Shown piece after piece: positions 38,508 to 51,380 of a stretch of DNA of 64,000 nt. Position 1 is the first letter of the stretch; each line of letters starts with the position of its first letter. The notes below the pieces were generated by a model, which saw only the letters and a list, made by a program, of their open reading frames with translations, did no database searches and was not told where the DNA came from. The DNA is from Octopus vulgaris (taxonomy: Eukaryota): positions 142,104,001 to 142,168,000 of the forward strand of contig OX597816.1 in the NCBI GenBank assembly GCA_951406725.2, in the 5' to 3' direction. The translations under genes and the position numbers were made by a program.

Positions 38508-39013
38508 TCTATATATATAAAACTCTAGTTGTGTGAGTGTCTGTCCCCTTCGATTTAGATTCCTAACTACTCCCACATTTTGCGGTGCAGTTTAACCAAA
38601 TTCGGGTATCTTATAGTCGTGATTCATATCGAGCCCGTCTGACTATTAGCGCGCGTCAACGATGAGTCTACGATTTTAAAAATAATTTAACATCATTTTT
38701 TATTCCATTTTAATGCATAAAATGCATCGTATGTCGATGGCGGCGGAGTTGGCATCCATGCTCACAGCTGCACCTGTTTGCTTCTCCCCCTTCCCTCCCT
38801 CGTGAAGCTGTGGGGAAGGGAGTGTAAAGAAATCAACGTCGTAATGCGTTGTGAAGGAAACCAGCGTTCTTTTAGAACAACGACTTCATGGCTTGAAGAC
38901 ACCAAAATAAAAATGGCTAAGAAAGCCCGAATTTATAAGGGAAGTAACTCTCTAAAAATGCTTATATAGTTATTTCCCTTACAAACCCGAGCAACGCCGG
39001 GCGATACTGCTAG
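38508..39013 (+). mobile_element. Non-autonomous Helitron, copy 1
   Basis: A|TC start, subterminal hairpin CCCGAGCAACGCCGGG, CTAG end. Confidence 0.9.
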
Positions 39014-39514
39014 TCTATATATATAAAACTCTAGTTGTGTGAGTGTCTGTCCCCTTCGATTTAGATTCCTAACTACTCCCACATTTTGCGGTGCAGTTTA
39101 GCCAAATTCGGGTATCTTATAGTCGTGATTCATATCGAGCCCGTCTGAGTATTAGCATGAGTCTACGATTTTAAAAATAATTTAACATCATTTTTTATTC
39201 CATTTTAATGCATAATTTTTCGTGTGTCGATGGCGGCGGAGTTGGCGTCCATGGTCACACCTGCACCTGTTTGCTTCTCCCCCTTCTTCCCTCCCTCGTG
39301 AAGCTGTGGGAAGGGAGTGTAAGGATATCAACGTCGTAAAGCGTTGTCAAGGAGACCAGCGTTCTTTTAGAACAACGACTTCATGGCTTGAAGACACCAA
39401 AACAGAAATGGCTAAGAAAGCCCGAATTGGCATCCATAAGGGAAGTAACTCTCTAAAAATGCTTATATAGTTATTTCCCTTACAAACCCAAGCAACGCCG
39501 GGCGATACTGCTAG
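39014..39514 (+). mobile_element. Non-autonomous Helitron, copy 2
   Basis: TC start directly after the CTAG of copy 1; CTAG|T end. Confidence 0.9.
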
Positions 39515-41393
39515 TTTAATATATATCTGTATAAGGACAGAGGAGTGATAGAATTTTGAGAGCTTCAGACAAAATACATTGCAGTAATTTATGACTTTTT
39601 ACATTCTTACTTCAAATTCCACTCACATTACCAGTTGTCCATAACAATCAACTGTCCCCTGTAAATATGACTGATCACTTGCTGATTGATACCTCTTGTA
39701 GTGCTCCAGCATGGCCTTAAACTATGAAGGATAAAATAATCATTGAAATATTGTCTGACAGCTAAAAAAAACATACAGTAGTATAATATATTTGTAAAAT
39801 CGAAACCAATATGTATATAGTCTTGCATCTTCCACGAGAATGTTATCTACTTTCCAAACCCATAAATATACTTTTGGATAGTAGAATATTTAAAGTAGCT
39901 TTCAAATACCACAATTACCTTCAATAGAAAATTCAGTGTGCTTGTCTCCTACATCCAGTCTCAGACAAGTTATTCGGGTTGTGTTTAATGATACTGAATG
40001 TAAATTTGTAAATATTGAATGTAAATGTGGACATTCAGCAGACAGGGTGTAAACATAATAACAACTATGAACTTCAGGTGCAACTGAGGGTGCTTATCTG
40101 TTATTTGATGTTCAGGAGGAGGTACTTCTATTGATAACTTTTCTTTGCAATGTCCATACAAATATTTAATACATAAAATGAATTATTTGAATAATACTAG
40201 CTTAATAATAACTTAATTATTTCAGTAGTCAATCTATAAAGAATTATAGCATTATTAAGTCAGACTATATAATGTTATTGTTTAATCCCAGGAAAGCCCT
40301 AACTGAGCAGACTTATGAAGAAGTGTTCCACATGACCAGTCCCAATATTTTTTTTTAATATTGGGTATCTAGGACTACATTATCCAATACATGCTTCCAT
40401 TTTTTAAAGATTATAATGTATAATTTGAAAATCATTTAGCTGCTATTTCTATATTGAGCAACTGCATAGTGGCATCATCATTGGCTTACCAGTTTATATA
40501 ATAGAGTTTGTATGTTAATCTCTATAACACTTACTATGTCAGTTATGAGGATTTATAGTTTTACTACAACTGATGATTGGGTACAGAAAGCTGAGGAAAA
40601 GCTTTATTTAATCCAAATCCACAGCTGACTTAACAACTATATGCTCCTAAAATTATGTATATCTATAATTCCTTTAGGCTTATTTTCTTTAATAAGTGCA
40701 GGCATGGCTGTATGGTTAAGAAATTCACTTCCCAACCACATAGTTTCAAGTTCAGTTCCATTGCATGACTCCTTGGGCAAGTGTCTTCTATTATAGTGCC
40801 AAGTTGACCAATGACTTGAAATTGAATTTAGTGAGTTGTGAAGCCTATTTTATACATAAATTTGTCTTGGTAGTCTCTCAAGTTTGAGAAAGATGATTCC
40901 ACAATTTCTTGTTGAACCACCTGTACAGATGCTTTGTTTACAGTGATCAAATGTTTATGCTGTTCATGAACTCACCCCATCAAATCGACATTGCTTGCAC
41001 TGGTGCATGGTGTGTCACATGCCAGATGTCACAAAGCAATAAAAAATCAGATACTTTGCTCAAGAACAGAATGCATTATCTGGTTCAGGAATTGGAAAAC
41101 CACAATATTGTAATTATGAGTGCAGTACCTTAACTGCTAGTCCACAGACATTTGTATATGTGTGCAAATGTGCATGAATGTTGTTATCGTGTGAATGTTT
41201 TTTTACTTACCTTCTTGACTTTATGACTGGTCATTCTTCACTTTCACCTGTGGAATTAAAAAGTACCTTACATGGAAAACAACCAAGGGTTGATAACAAG
41301 AAGTGAATTTAGTTGTAAAATTCTACCTTGAGTACATACCTGTCCAACCTGTAGTAAATGAACAAACAAACTTTTCAGATGAAATTTATTTAA

Positions 41394-41606
41394 TCCTTTA
41401 GCAGTTAGATTATTCTGTCAAAATTAATGTTTATTTATTCACATTGTTTTGAATTACTCATGCATTAACTCATATCTTCAGATTCTGTTGATATGATTGT
41501 TTATTTTAAAAGGACATTGTAGGTAGGTGTGAGAGGCTGGATCTAGTTAGAACATAAAATAGACACCATATTTGGGCCAGATCTGGACTGTTTAAATTCT
41601 AAAGAA
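41394..41606. mobile_element. piggyBac-type MITE (inverted relative of 523-745)
   Basis: TTAA on both sides; interior resembles the reverse complement of 523-745. Confidence 0.7.
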
Positions 41607-41675
41607 TTAAAGGGAAATTTTAGTGGAGTTTTCATTCTCCTCACATCTTAGAGCATCTTCTTATAAAACCTCTAC

Positions 41676-42737
41676 ATCATTTAATGTCTGCTTTCCATGC
41701 TGGCATGGGTTGGACGGTTTGACTGAGAACTGGCAAGCCAGAAGGCTGTACCAGGCTCCAGTCTGATCTGGCAAGATTTCTACAGCGGGATGCCCTCCTT
41801 CTTAACGCCAACCACTCTGAGAGTGTAGTGGATGCTTTTACATACCACTGGCATGAGGACCAGTCAGGTGGTACTGGCATTGACCGTGCTTGAATGGTGC
41901 ATTTTTACATGTCACCAGCAGGGGAGCCAGTCAGGTTGCATTGGCAACAACCATGTTTGAATGGTGCTTTGTTATGTGCCAGTCAGGTGGTACTGGCATT
42001 GGCCATGACAATGATTTCACTTGATTCAACAGGTCTTCGCAAGCACAGTTTATTGCCCAATGATTGAAGAGTACTCTTAAATGGGCTGGTTATGCTACAC
42101 TGGCATAGGACACAATCTCATTTGACTTCACAGGTCTTTTCAAGCACAGGATATTTTCAAAGGTCTCAATCACTCGTCATCACCTCCATGAGGCTCAATG
42201 TTTGAAGGTCATACTTCACCACCTCATCCCAGGTCTTCCTGGGTCTGCCTCTCCCTCAGGTTCCCTCTACTACTAGGGTATGACACTTTTTTACACAACT
42301 AGACCGTGTTTCCACACCTGAAACTTCTCCTCTAGTTCTGATAATGAGTCAGCAATTAGAGCAAGGTCATTAGCATAGAGAAGCTCCAGGGTCATCCTGT
42401 ATTGAATTCCTCTGTTATTGCCTGGAGGACTATGATGAGTAATAGGGAGCTGAGGACTGATCCTTGGTGGACCCCTGCCTGGAATTCTTCACTATACTCT
42501 CACCTTACTGACAGCATACCTGTCCATGGCTTGTACAGCTCTCACTAACCACTCATCTATCCCTAGTTTTTGCATTGACCACCAGATAAGGGATTGGGGG
42601 ACCCTGTCAAAGACTTTCCCCATGTCAACAAAAGCCAAGTATTGAGGTTTATCTTTGCCTAGGTATTTCACCTGCAGCTGTCTTACCAGAAATATAGCAT
42701 CAGTGGTGCTTTTCCTTGGCACAAACCCAAACTGCAT
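41676..42737 (-). mobile_element. RTE LINE fragment with internal deletion
   Basis: ORF 42492-42737 MQFGFVPRKSTTDAIF; GVHQGS retained near 42457-42475; 3' UTR at about 41676-42150. Confidence 0.9.
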
Positions 42738-44454
42738 TTACTGTTTTCACTTCCTCATAGGTAGATATAGTTGTCTGTCATTAAAGAGTAACAATTTAGA
42801 CACAGTTTAATCTCAGTAATGATCGTGTAAGCTTATTGACCCTGTAATCACTGTTAAATCAAATGTTCTGTTACATATGCTTAGTACTGAATAGTAATTA
42901 TATAGCTTACTCTAGTAACATTTGCTTCAGTTGTTTTAATTTAAGAAAGGATTTTATGTTTGGTTTTGTTCTTTTTCACAGATTCTTTTCTTCTTGGTCC
43001 TTTGATCTTTTGTTTCTTTGATTTTTAATTTCAGTTGAAATTGCAATATTTGTCTTCAAAGGCCCTCTATTATTCAACAATTTTGCACAAATCATCAAGG
43101 AAGTTACTGCATTATTACTTGACACGCTCACCATAGCAACCAAATCTCTTTGAGTAAACACCTTACCATCTTTGAACAATTATAAAACCATTGCTGGAAA
43201 TGCTTTGATTTGTTTTCTACCAACATACCATGGTAGAGTAAAACAAAAGTGGCCAGGCTACTCAGCAATTGCCCACATCGCACATTCACTGCATTCTATG
43301 TTTCTTAAAGTAAATTGATAATTTATCCCTCTGTTTACATACAATTCTATGTCAATTATCCTTCCCTTCTGAAATGAGTGAGAGAAGCATAACTACTACT
43401 TTGACTCCATTCCCATTAAATTTATAAGCTGTTTTTAAATGTTTTCCTCAAGCTTTACTTGCAGGAATCTATGTCAAATCAGTTTTGTTACAATTGACTC
43501 AAGCCAAGTTCATGAGCAATTTTTTGTGTCAGAACACTCTTGGATTGCCACTCTTGTATCATCAATAAAGCAATCACTTGAACTCGAAGCTTATATTGTG
43601 ACCAGCCCCAATATCTTTTTTAAAATATTGGGTATCTAGGACTACATTATCCAATATATGCTTCCATTTTTTAAAGATTATAATGTATTATTTGAAAATC
43701 ATTTAGCTGCTATTTCTATGTTGAGCAACTCATTCTAAAATTTGTTCTGTTATTTTCTTCCCTTGCTTACATAATCATCATTATCATCATTTGACATCCA
43801 CTTTCCATGCTGGCATGGGTCAAACAATTTGACAGAATCTGGTGGGTCCAAGGACTATATTATGCTCCAATGTCTGCTTGGGCATGACATCTACAGCTGG
43901 ATACACTTCCTGACACTAACTACTTTACAATCTGTACTGGATGCTTTTTTTTTTTTTTTTTTTTGAGGCCACTGTGCAGTTCACAAAGCTAGCAACCCTA
44001 AAGGAGCCTCATACTTATTCTATTGGTGTTTTTTTGCTGAATTGCTAAGTTACAGGGATGCAAGCAAACCAACACTAGTTGTTATTGGGTGGTGGAGTCA
44101 GATTTCTACAGCCAGATACTCTTCCTGTAGTCAACACTTACCTGTTTCCAAGTAAAATAATATTTTCCATAATTCTTCAGACATGACTAGCACAGTGGCT
44201 GGACAGGATTTCATCGGCAATTGCAAACAAATAATACTGCTTGTATGACAGTGATGTTTGTTTAAAATTTGCACTTGATGTCAAAATAAAGATACACACA
44301 CAAAAACATACATATGTGTGTGTATGTATATATATATCACATTTAAAATGACACCTATATACATACATTGGATTAGTGTGAACATACAGATGTACTTCAC
44401 AAGGACACTGCTTGGAATATAACATCCCTTATATATATATATATATATATATAT

Positions 44455-44640
44455 GTGGGTAACTAGTACTTAATTTATCAACCCCGAAAGGATGAAAGGC
44501 AAAGTCAGCCTCGGCAGAATTTGAACTCAGAACATAACGGCAGATGAAATACCGCTAAGCATTTCACCCGGTGTGCTAATGTTTCTGCCAGCTTGCCGCC
44601 TTCACCTGGCATGCTAACGTTTCTGCCAGCTCACCACCTT
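44455..44640 (-). mobile_element. OK-type SINE with duplicated 5' end
   Basis: TTCACC(C/T)GG...TCTGCCAGCT...CC occurs twice (44563-44600 and 44601-44638). Confidence 0.8.
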
Positions 44641-45911
44641 TCAATTTCTATGTCTTTCAATTTCTGTCTACCAAATCCCCTCACAATGCTTTAGTCAGCC
44701 TAGAACTATAGTACCATGCAATAGACTAGGAAGCAAATATCTTAACCATACAGCTATCTCCTCTACAGCAAGATATCTGTTTCTGTTGCTCTGTCACACT
44801 CTAAGCTCCTCATTGTCTGGCACAAGGTCACTTTTTCCAATACCCGCCTCAAAGGGTCTTTGTCACACACACACACACACACACACATCCAGTGCAGGTG
44901 CCACATAAAAAGCATCCAGTCTACACTGTAAAGTAGGTGGTGTTTGTTGTTTTGATAATTCTATGATGGGGTTAAAAACTTCATGAAGAAAAATTGTCAA
45001 TTTAGTATAACAATTGCTTATAAATCTTATAAAATCTTAATTATGATTTATTATCTAAAATTGCTCTTGTAAAATTAAGTGGAAATACCTACAGGTCTTA
45101 AAGCTTTCTCTTGACCTGTTTCTTACCTTCAACATTAGGTTGAGCTAACTTTCTAAATAGATTGCTCTCTTGGTCAATATTTTGTTATATGTTATAAGAA
45201 TATTTCAGACTTTGTTTTAAGACTTTGGAGAGAATATCTTCATTACTAAAGATGTTTGATTTTGACTTAGTTTGATTTCATTCTGCTTCACTATAGTTTG
45301 AACCATCTATGTTCTCTCTTACCATCGTTGGTGTATATTTGGTCATTAGTATAGGGCAAATTTACAACAATTATTAAAACTCTCATATTTGGTAACGGCT
45401 CCAACATCTTTTAAGAGCCAAACTAGAAATATTTTCTGATACTCTGTGGAATGCTGTGTAATTTTACTACTTAGATATAAAATATTTTGTTTTGTATAAA
45501 TTTATATTTTTAAATATCATTGCTTGATTTTACTTTTTGAATAAAAGCTGTATTGGATTCTATTATAATTAGGTTTATGTGTTATATATTGTATGGTTTT
45601 CACAATATAATACACTTTGATTTGAACATAACTTTTTTTTTTATTGTGGACATAGTGAAACACTTAACTCAATAACATGATTGACACTTCAATTAAAATC
45701 CCATTTAACAAGCTAAAAAAAAAATAATAAAATCTTATATTGCTTTCGTATACTACAAAGTAAATTCTTGTGCAATTTATTTATTAGCTATTTATGTTAT
45801 GGGATGATGGATAGGCTGAATCAGTATAGTTAGTACTCACCATAATGCTTTGCTGTATTCAGTTATGTCACTTTAAATTCTGAGTTCAAATGATGCTAAG
45901 GTCTACTTTAC

Positions 45912-46360
45912 TAATTCTTTTACTATAGGCGCAAGGCCTAAAATTTTGGGAGAGGGGACTGGTTGATTACATTGATCCCAGTGCTAAACTGGTACTATTT
46001 TATTGACTCTGAAAGGATGAAAGACAAAATCAGCCTTGGCAGAATTTGAGCTCAGAACATAGTGCTGGAAGAAATGCCACTAAGCATTTTGTTCAGTATG
46101 CTAACAATTTTGCTAGCTCACCACCATAATAATAATAATAATAATAATAGTTTCAAATATTGGTACAAGACCAGTAATTTTGGGGAAGGGGATAAGTTGA
46201 TTGATCAACCCCAGTGATTGACCGGTACTTATTCATTGACCCTGAAATGATGAAAGACAAATTTGACCTTGGCAGAATTTGAACTCAGAATGTAAAAACA
46301 AATGATATATCTCTGAGCATTTTGCCCTGCATGCTAATGATTCTGCCAGCTTGCCACCTT
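45912..46360 (-). mobile_element. Two tandem OK-type SINEs separated by (AAT)n
   Basis: Copies at about 45912-46125 and 46149-46360. Confidence 0.85.
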
Positions 46361-47929
46361 AATAATAATAAAATTAATGCTATTGATTTTATTCCTAGTG
46401 CCATTGTATAAGTGAAGCCTATGTATATGAATTTATTTATGTCACATAAATTCCTGGTAGTATCACTTAATTGTTATTAGGACAGGCTGAAAAAATATAT
46501 ATCTTTTACTTGGCAGAATGTGAAGGCATTGCAAGTAAGTAGTAAGCTGCTTAAGCAAAGCAATTGCTCTACAATATGTTTTATGGCCATATAAAGAAGT
46601 TTGTTTTACAGTCATATGATTCCAGGTTTGATCCAACTGCGCAACAGCTTGTGAGTCAAATTTGGAAGGCAGAAAATGTATGAAATTCCTTGAGATGTAC
46701 ATGTGTGTGGGTGTTAAGTCTCACCTGGGTCAATGTTGTCTTTCTTCCTTTTGATGTCGATAAAACAAATACTGAATAAAATATTGGACATTAATATGAT
46801 TGACTAAAACTCTTCAAGTTAATATTCCAGCATGGTGCAGATTGTAATTCACAAAATAGAAGAAATATCACCAACAGCACCATCATCGTATGAACCCACT
46901 TTATACCCTACCATCTTAAAATAAAGGAGACATTAGTAATGTATTATCAAAATTATTATCAGGTACCAAATATGGCATAATCTTCATTTTTAATTTTTTA
47001 AGAGAAGCTTCAAGAAGGTATTAGGAAACCTCTTTTGTTTTCACCTATGAAAATTCCATGTCAAGCATGTATTACATGTGAAGAAAGTTACTAAGCAGTG
47101 TTCGTTGACCTGATGGTGTAGGGAAGAAGGATATTTTTTTTTATCATTTGTTTCAATCACTGGACTGCAACCATGCTGAAGCACCACCTTGTAGGGTTTA
47201 CTCAAGCAAATCATCTCTTGTACTTATTATTGTTAAACCACTAAATTACAGGAACATAAACAAATTTACACAAGTTATGAAGCAGAAGAAAGAGAGGGAC
47301 ACAAATACAAATATATACACACATATATGATGGATTTTCACATAATTTTCATCTATCTAGTTCATTCACAAGAAATTACTCAGCCTGTGGCTATAGTAGA
47401 AGACACTCTATGCTACACAGTGATGCTGGACCTGAAACTTGAAACTTCATGGTTATGAAGCAAACTTCTTAATTACATGATGTAATATACATGATTGTAT
47501 ACTACATCTGAGAAAATAATGGTATAGTTGTTGCTGAACTATCTTTTATCATTGATCTAATCAAGTCTGAGCTAATCTGGAGATAAGCAGCATCAGCATA
47601 ACATATACCAACACCAGAGTGTCTCTATGGTAGAAATGGCACCCATAATTCTTTCAGATCACAGCTTATCATCTTTAAAAGGATGAACACATTGTATATG
47701 TCATCTCAGATACATGATGTTAGAAAATGGAATGGGATTGTCATGATTGAAAAATTTTCATCATGGTTGACAGAAGACAAAATTATAATGTAACAAATCA
47801 TCACCAAAATCAGCATCGCCATCATTACCAAACATTATCTGAATCTCTTTAAATGCAGCTGAAAATAAGACATTTAAAAATTGCTTTTGTATTATTGTTA
47901 CTAAATGTTGAATTCAAATCTTACTCAGA

Positions 47930-48340
47930 TAGGATTTGAAATTCAATCAGACATGTGCTTGTTCTCCAGGAATACAGAATCAATCATCGTGGTTGAACTG
48001 AATATTTCCCATCAGGTAAAGAAATTGAGATATTCGGACTTAGTCGACAAGGCCCTTGTAAAGGGCTGGCATATGGCCTCATTCCCCATTGAAGTCAGTT
48101 GTTATGGCTTTCCATCTAGATCAATGTGCTATTTCCTGCAGAAGATAGGTCTGAAACCCAGGCAACTGAAGAAAGCCATCACAGAAATAGGCACAGCAGT
48201 TGAAACTAGCTTGATGACTATGGTAAATAAGCGACCACAAGTAAAACCATTTCATTAGTGAAGGCTAGCTCAGTCCTTACTGCTCCACTCAGGTAAAGTG
48301 TACAGGCAAAAAGGGTGAAATGATTTTAACCCTGACATAC
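47930..48340 (+). mobile_element. Restriction-like endonuclease (RLE) C-terminus of a Hero/R2-group LINE
   Basis: DMCLFS..IIVVEL..KKLRYSDL..GW..FPIEVSCYGF pattern in ORF 47905-48258. Confidence 0.75.
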
Positions 48341-49419
48341 CTACTGGCAATATGGTAAGGTTTCCAACATTGCAATGGATTTAGAAGAGCTTTCAAAACT
48401 TCTGAGTAGCTCCTTCATTTTCTGCCTGGCACACAGCATCTCTGATGTTTATTTTACCTCATCTTTTATCCCCCTAAAGTTGATAAAATAAAGTACCAGT
48501 TAAGTGCTTGGGTCTATTTAATTGACTAATCCCCTTCCACTCAAAATTCTATACCTTCTGGCTATATCAGTGACAGTTATTGTTACTAGATGTTATTTTT
48601 ATTGATATAATTAGATATTATTATCATTGCCATAGGCTTTTATGTGATTCTGTCCTTGCTATTACTGTTCTTATTATTAAAATGATATTATTGCTAGTGG
48701 TAGTCAGTTCTTTTGAATAATCACCAACACTTCTGTCTACTTAGTGTTGATTATCTGTCATTCCCTAAAAGAAAAAAAAATGTTTCAATATAGTGAATAA
48801 ATGATACTTCAGGCAGTTTTATTGTCAAGGCAAAGATATACAGTGGTTTCACTAATGTTTGTGATGCTGCACTCTGGCAGTGTTCTGCTTTGCCTGCAAA
48901 TTGGGTTTAGTGAAGAATTTCCTGTCATCATCTCCTCTGCTCAATCATTCAAAATGTCTAAACATTGGTAGGAAAAGTGATTGTCCTTCAAGATGTTTTC
49001 ATTACTTTTCACTTGAGCTATCAATGCCTCTTTATATGACAATAGCCATAATAAAAATAATAATAGTATTCACAACATTAACAACAATCCTAAATAATAT
49101 CATCCAATAGCGTACAGTTATATATTTTTTCCATAAAGTTAATGTATCATCCTTAACAGTTTACTAGCTTGGTTGGATTGATCCACATTCAGTATTAGCA
49201 TTTTCCATACGTCCATTTATCTTTGGTCAGTTTTCTAGACTGTTCTGTGGCAGATGATAACTCATCATTCCACTTCAACTCACTGTCTTGTTCTGCAAAA
49301 TCTGTTGGTTTATTTGACAAATCTTCCAACTAAATCATCTCTTTCATTTCTATCTATTTTATTATAAAAACGTTTAACTCAATTATAACTCTCTGTATAT
49401 TTCACACTTTACTTTTTCT

Positions 49420-49610
49420 TCTCTCTATCTCTCTCTTTTTCTTCCCTCTCTCTATGTCTCTCTCTATATGTATTAGCGTATGTATATCTGCATATTTGTC
49501 TATGTATGTGTCTCTGTGTGTGTGTATGTATGTAGATACATATTAGTATGTATGTCCATGTATGAAGGTGTATATATATGTATGTGTCTATATGTATGTC
49601 TATATATATA

Positions 49611-49665
<55 letters not shown>

Positions 49666-49800
49666 GTGTGTATGCATATACATATGTGTATATGTGTTTG
49701 AATATATATATATATGTGTGTCTATATGTAAATCTATATATATGTGTGTGTGTGTGTGTGTATATATATATAGGTATGTATATATATATATATGTATGTA
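49420..49800. repeat. Compound (CT)/(TA)/(TG) microsatellite
   Basis: Direct reading. Confidence 0.95.
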
Positions 49801-50265
49801 CTAGCTGACATACCTGGTAATTCCCGGGAAAGCAGTGCTTATCCTTTGGTTCTGTTCTCATAATTGTTTCACTAATCCAGTAACAACAATGCGAAGTATG
49901 TAGCCCTTAAAATGGTTTTTGTGCATTTACAAAGAATACCAAACTGTCTTACACAGGATCTTGTTTTTAGGAAATCCCAATAAGTTATGAATACCCAAAT
50001 TATGAAGTCAGTTATGTAATAACATGAAATTAGTTAACCAATAGTAAGAATTCAAACAAAGTAGCCCTGAAAAGGGCTTTAATACATTCCCAGAGTATGC
50101 AGAATGGAGGAAATACTAAGTTATGTATACTAAAATCATGATGCATGTTATGCAATAGCAGGCTAATCGGGTATGAGGTAATAACAGTTCAAAGTAAATA
50201 ACTCTGAAAAGGGCTTTTGTGCATTCCCAGAGAATATTACCCTCAGTGGCGCTAGTGTTGATATA
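49801..50265 (-). mobile_element. Non-autonomous Helitron-like element
   Basis: A|CTAG at 49800-49804 with adjacent hairpin CCTGGTAATTCCCGGG; internal repeats of CCCTGAAAAGGGCTTT; 5' end uncertain. Confidence 0.55.
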
Positions 50266-50339
50266 TGTTGTCATATGCTCCCATAGCTACATCAAAGGAG
50301 CCCTTGGAGTCAGATTGCTTGACCCAAGTCAAATCTTTG

Positions 50340-50695
50340 CTGAACAGCTCCGTCTTCCTGGCATGGATTTCTGGAACCACTGCTGACACTGGCTTACACT
50401 TATTGTTTGGTCCCCATCTACTGCATTAATGTTCCTCACACTTTCTGTTGTATTGTTGCCTTTATTGAACTCATAAAGCAAAATATGCTGAATATGCTCC
50501 TTTGTACTTCCATTATAGCTTTGAAGAAATAACTTAAAATCGAACTGCACTCTTCAAAACTTGCACTAAGAATAAGGACAAGATAAAATTTCTAGCTACT
50601 TTTATAGCAAGTTGATGCAGGTAGTTTATCCCATCACCCTCCGACTTTTAGTTCAAGCAATTGAAAAAAAATGCCTTATTTATGTGATAATCTAA
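50340..50695 (-). mobile_element. mariner transposase 5' fragment with TIR
   Basis: TKEHIQHILLYEFNKGNNTTESVRNINAVDGDQTISVSQCQQWFQK is a Mos1-like HTH; TIR-like end followed by TA at 50696. Confidence 0.85.
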
Positions 50696-50901
50696 TATAT
50701 GTACAGAAATATTGCATTTCTAAATTTCTCAGAGAGATTTATACAGTAGCAGCATGATAAAGTAATGGTTTATTGCCAACTTAATGTGGCAGTTCCATGA
50801 AAGTGAAGAATGCTACTGCTATTTAGCCTGAAGAAACACCATTTCCAGTTGGCCATGACACATTTTCAGTGTCCTTATGTTTTCAAAGGGAGAGATAAGC
50901 A

Positions 50902-50939
50902 CCAGACTGATGATGTGCAATGACTCTGGAACTAGTCTC
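50902..50939 (+). ncRNA. Minimal type I hammerhead ribozyme, mutated copy
   Basis: CCAGA-CTGATGA-TGTGCAATGACTCT-GGAA-CTAG-TC-TC; GAAA changed to GGAA and stem II mismatched. Confidence 0.65.
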
Positions 50940-51101
50940 CCCCTTTGAAAGCATCACCTTATCGTGCTGCTATTGTATAAATCTCATTGAGAGATTTAGA
51001 AATGCAATATTTCTATTTTTGAAATCCCTGAATGTATTTCACCTGAAATATATATGTTTTCAAAGGTGAATAAGCATCAACAGCTAGCAAGCCATGCTAC
51101 T

Positions 51102-51142
51102 CCAGACTGATGATGAGCAATGACTCTGAAACTAGTCTCTGG
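51102..51142 (+). ncRNA. Minimal type I hammerhead ribozyme, intact core
   Basis: Stem I CCAGA/TCTGG; CTGATGA; stem II GAG-CAATGA-CTC; GAAA; palindromic stem III ACTAGT; GUC cleavage triplet at 51135-51137. Confidence 0.85.
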
Positions 51143-51331
51143 GTACTGGCTTTGCTGGGTGGAGGTGCTTATCTCCTGCCTTTGAAAACATAAGGACACA
51201 GAAAATGTGCCAAGGCCAATGGGAAACAGTGTCTCCTAGGGCTAAATAGCAGTAGCATTCTTCCCTTCCATGGGACTGCTACATTAAGTTGGCAACCATA
51301 ACATCACCTAATATATGTATGTATGTGTGTG

Positions 51332-51380
<49 letters not shown>

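Larger units (their letters stand above)
50705..51309. mobile_element. Non-coding fold-back element with two hammerhead motifs (Penelope pLTR/retrozyme-like)
   Basis: Inverted pairs 50705-50770/50948-51014, 50760-50903/51163-51309 and 51054-51106/51138-51192. Confidence 0.8.
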
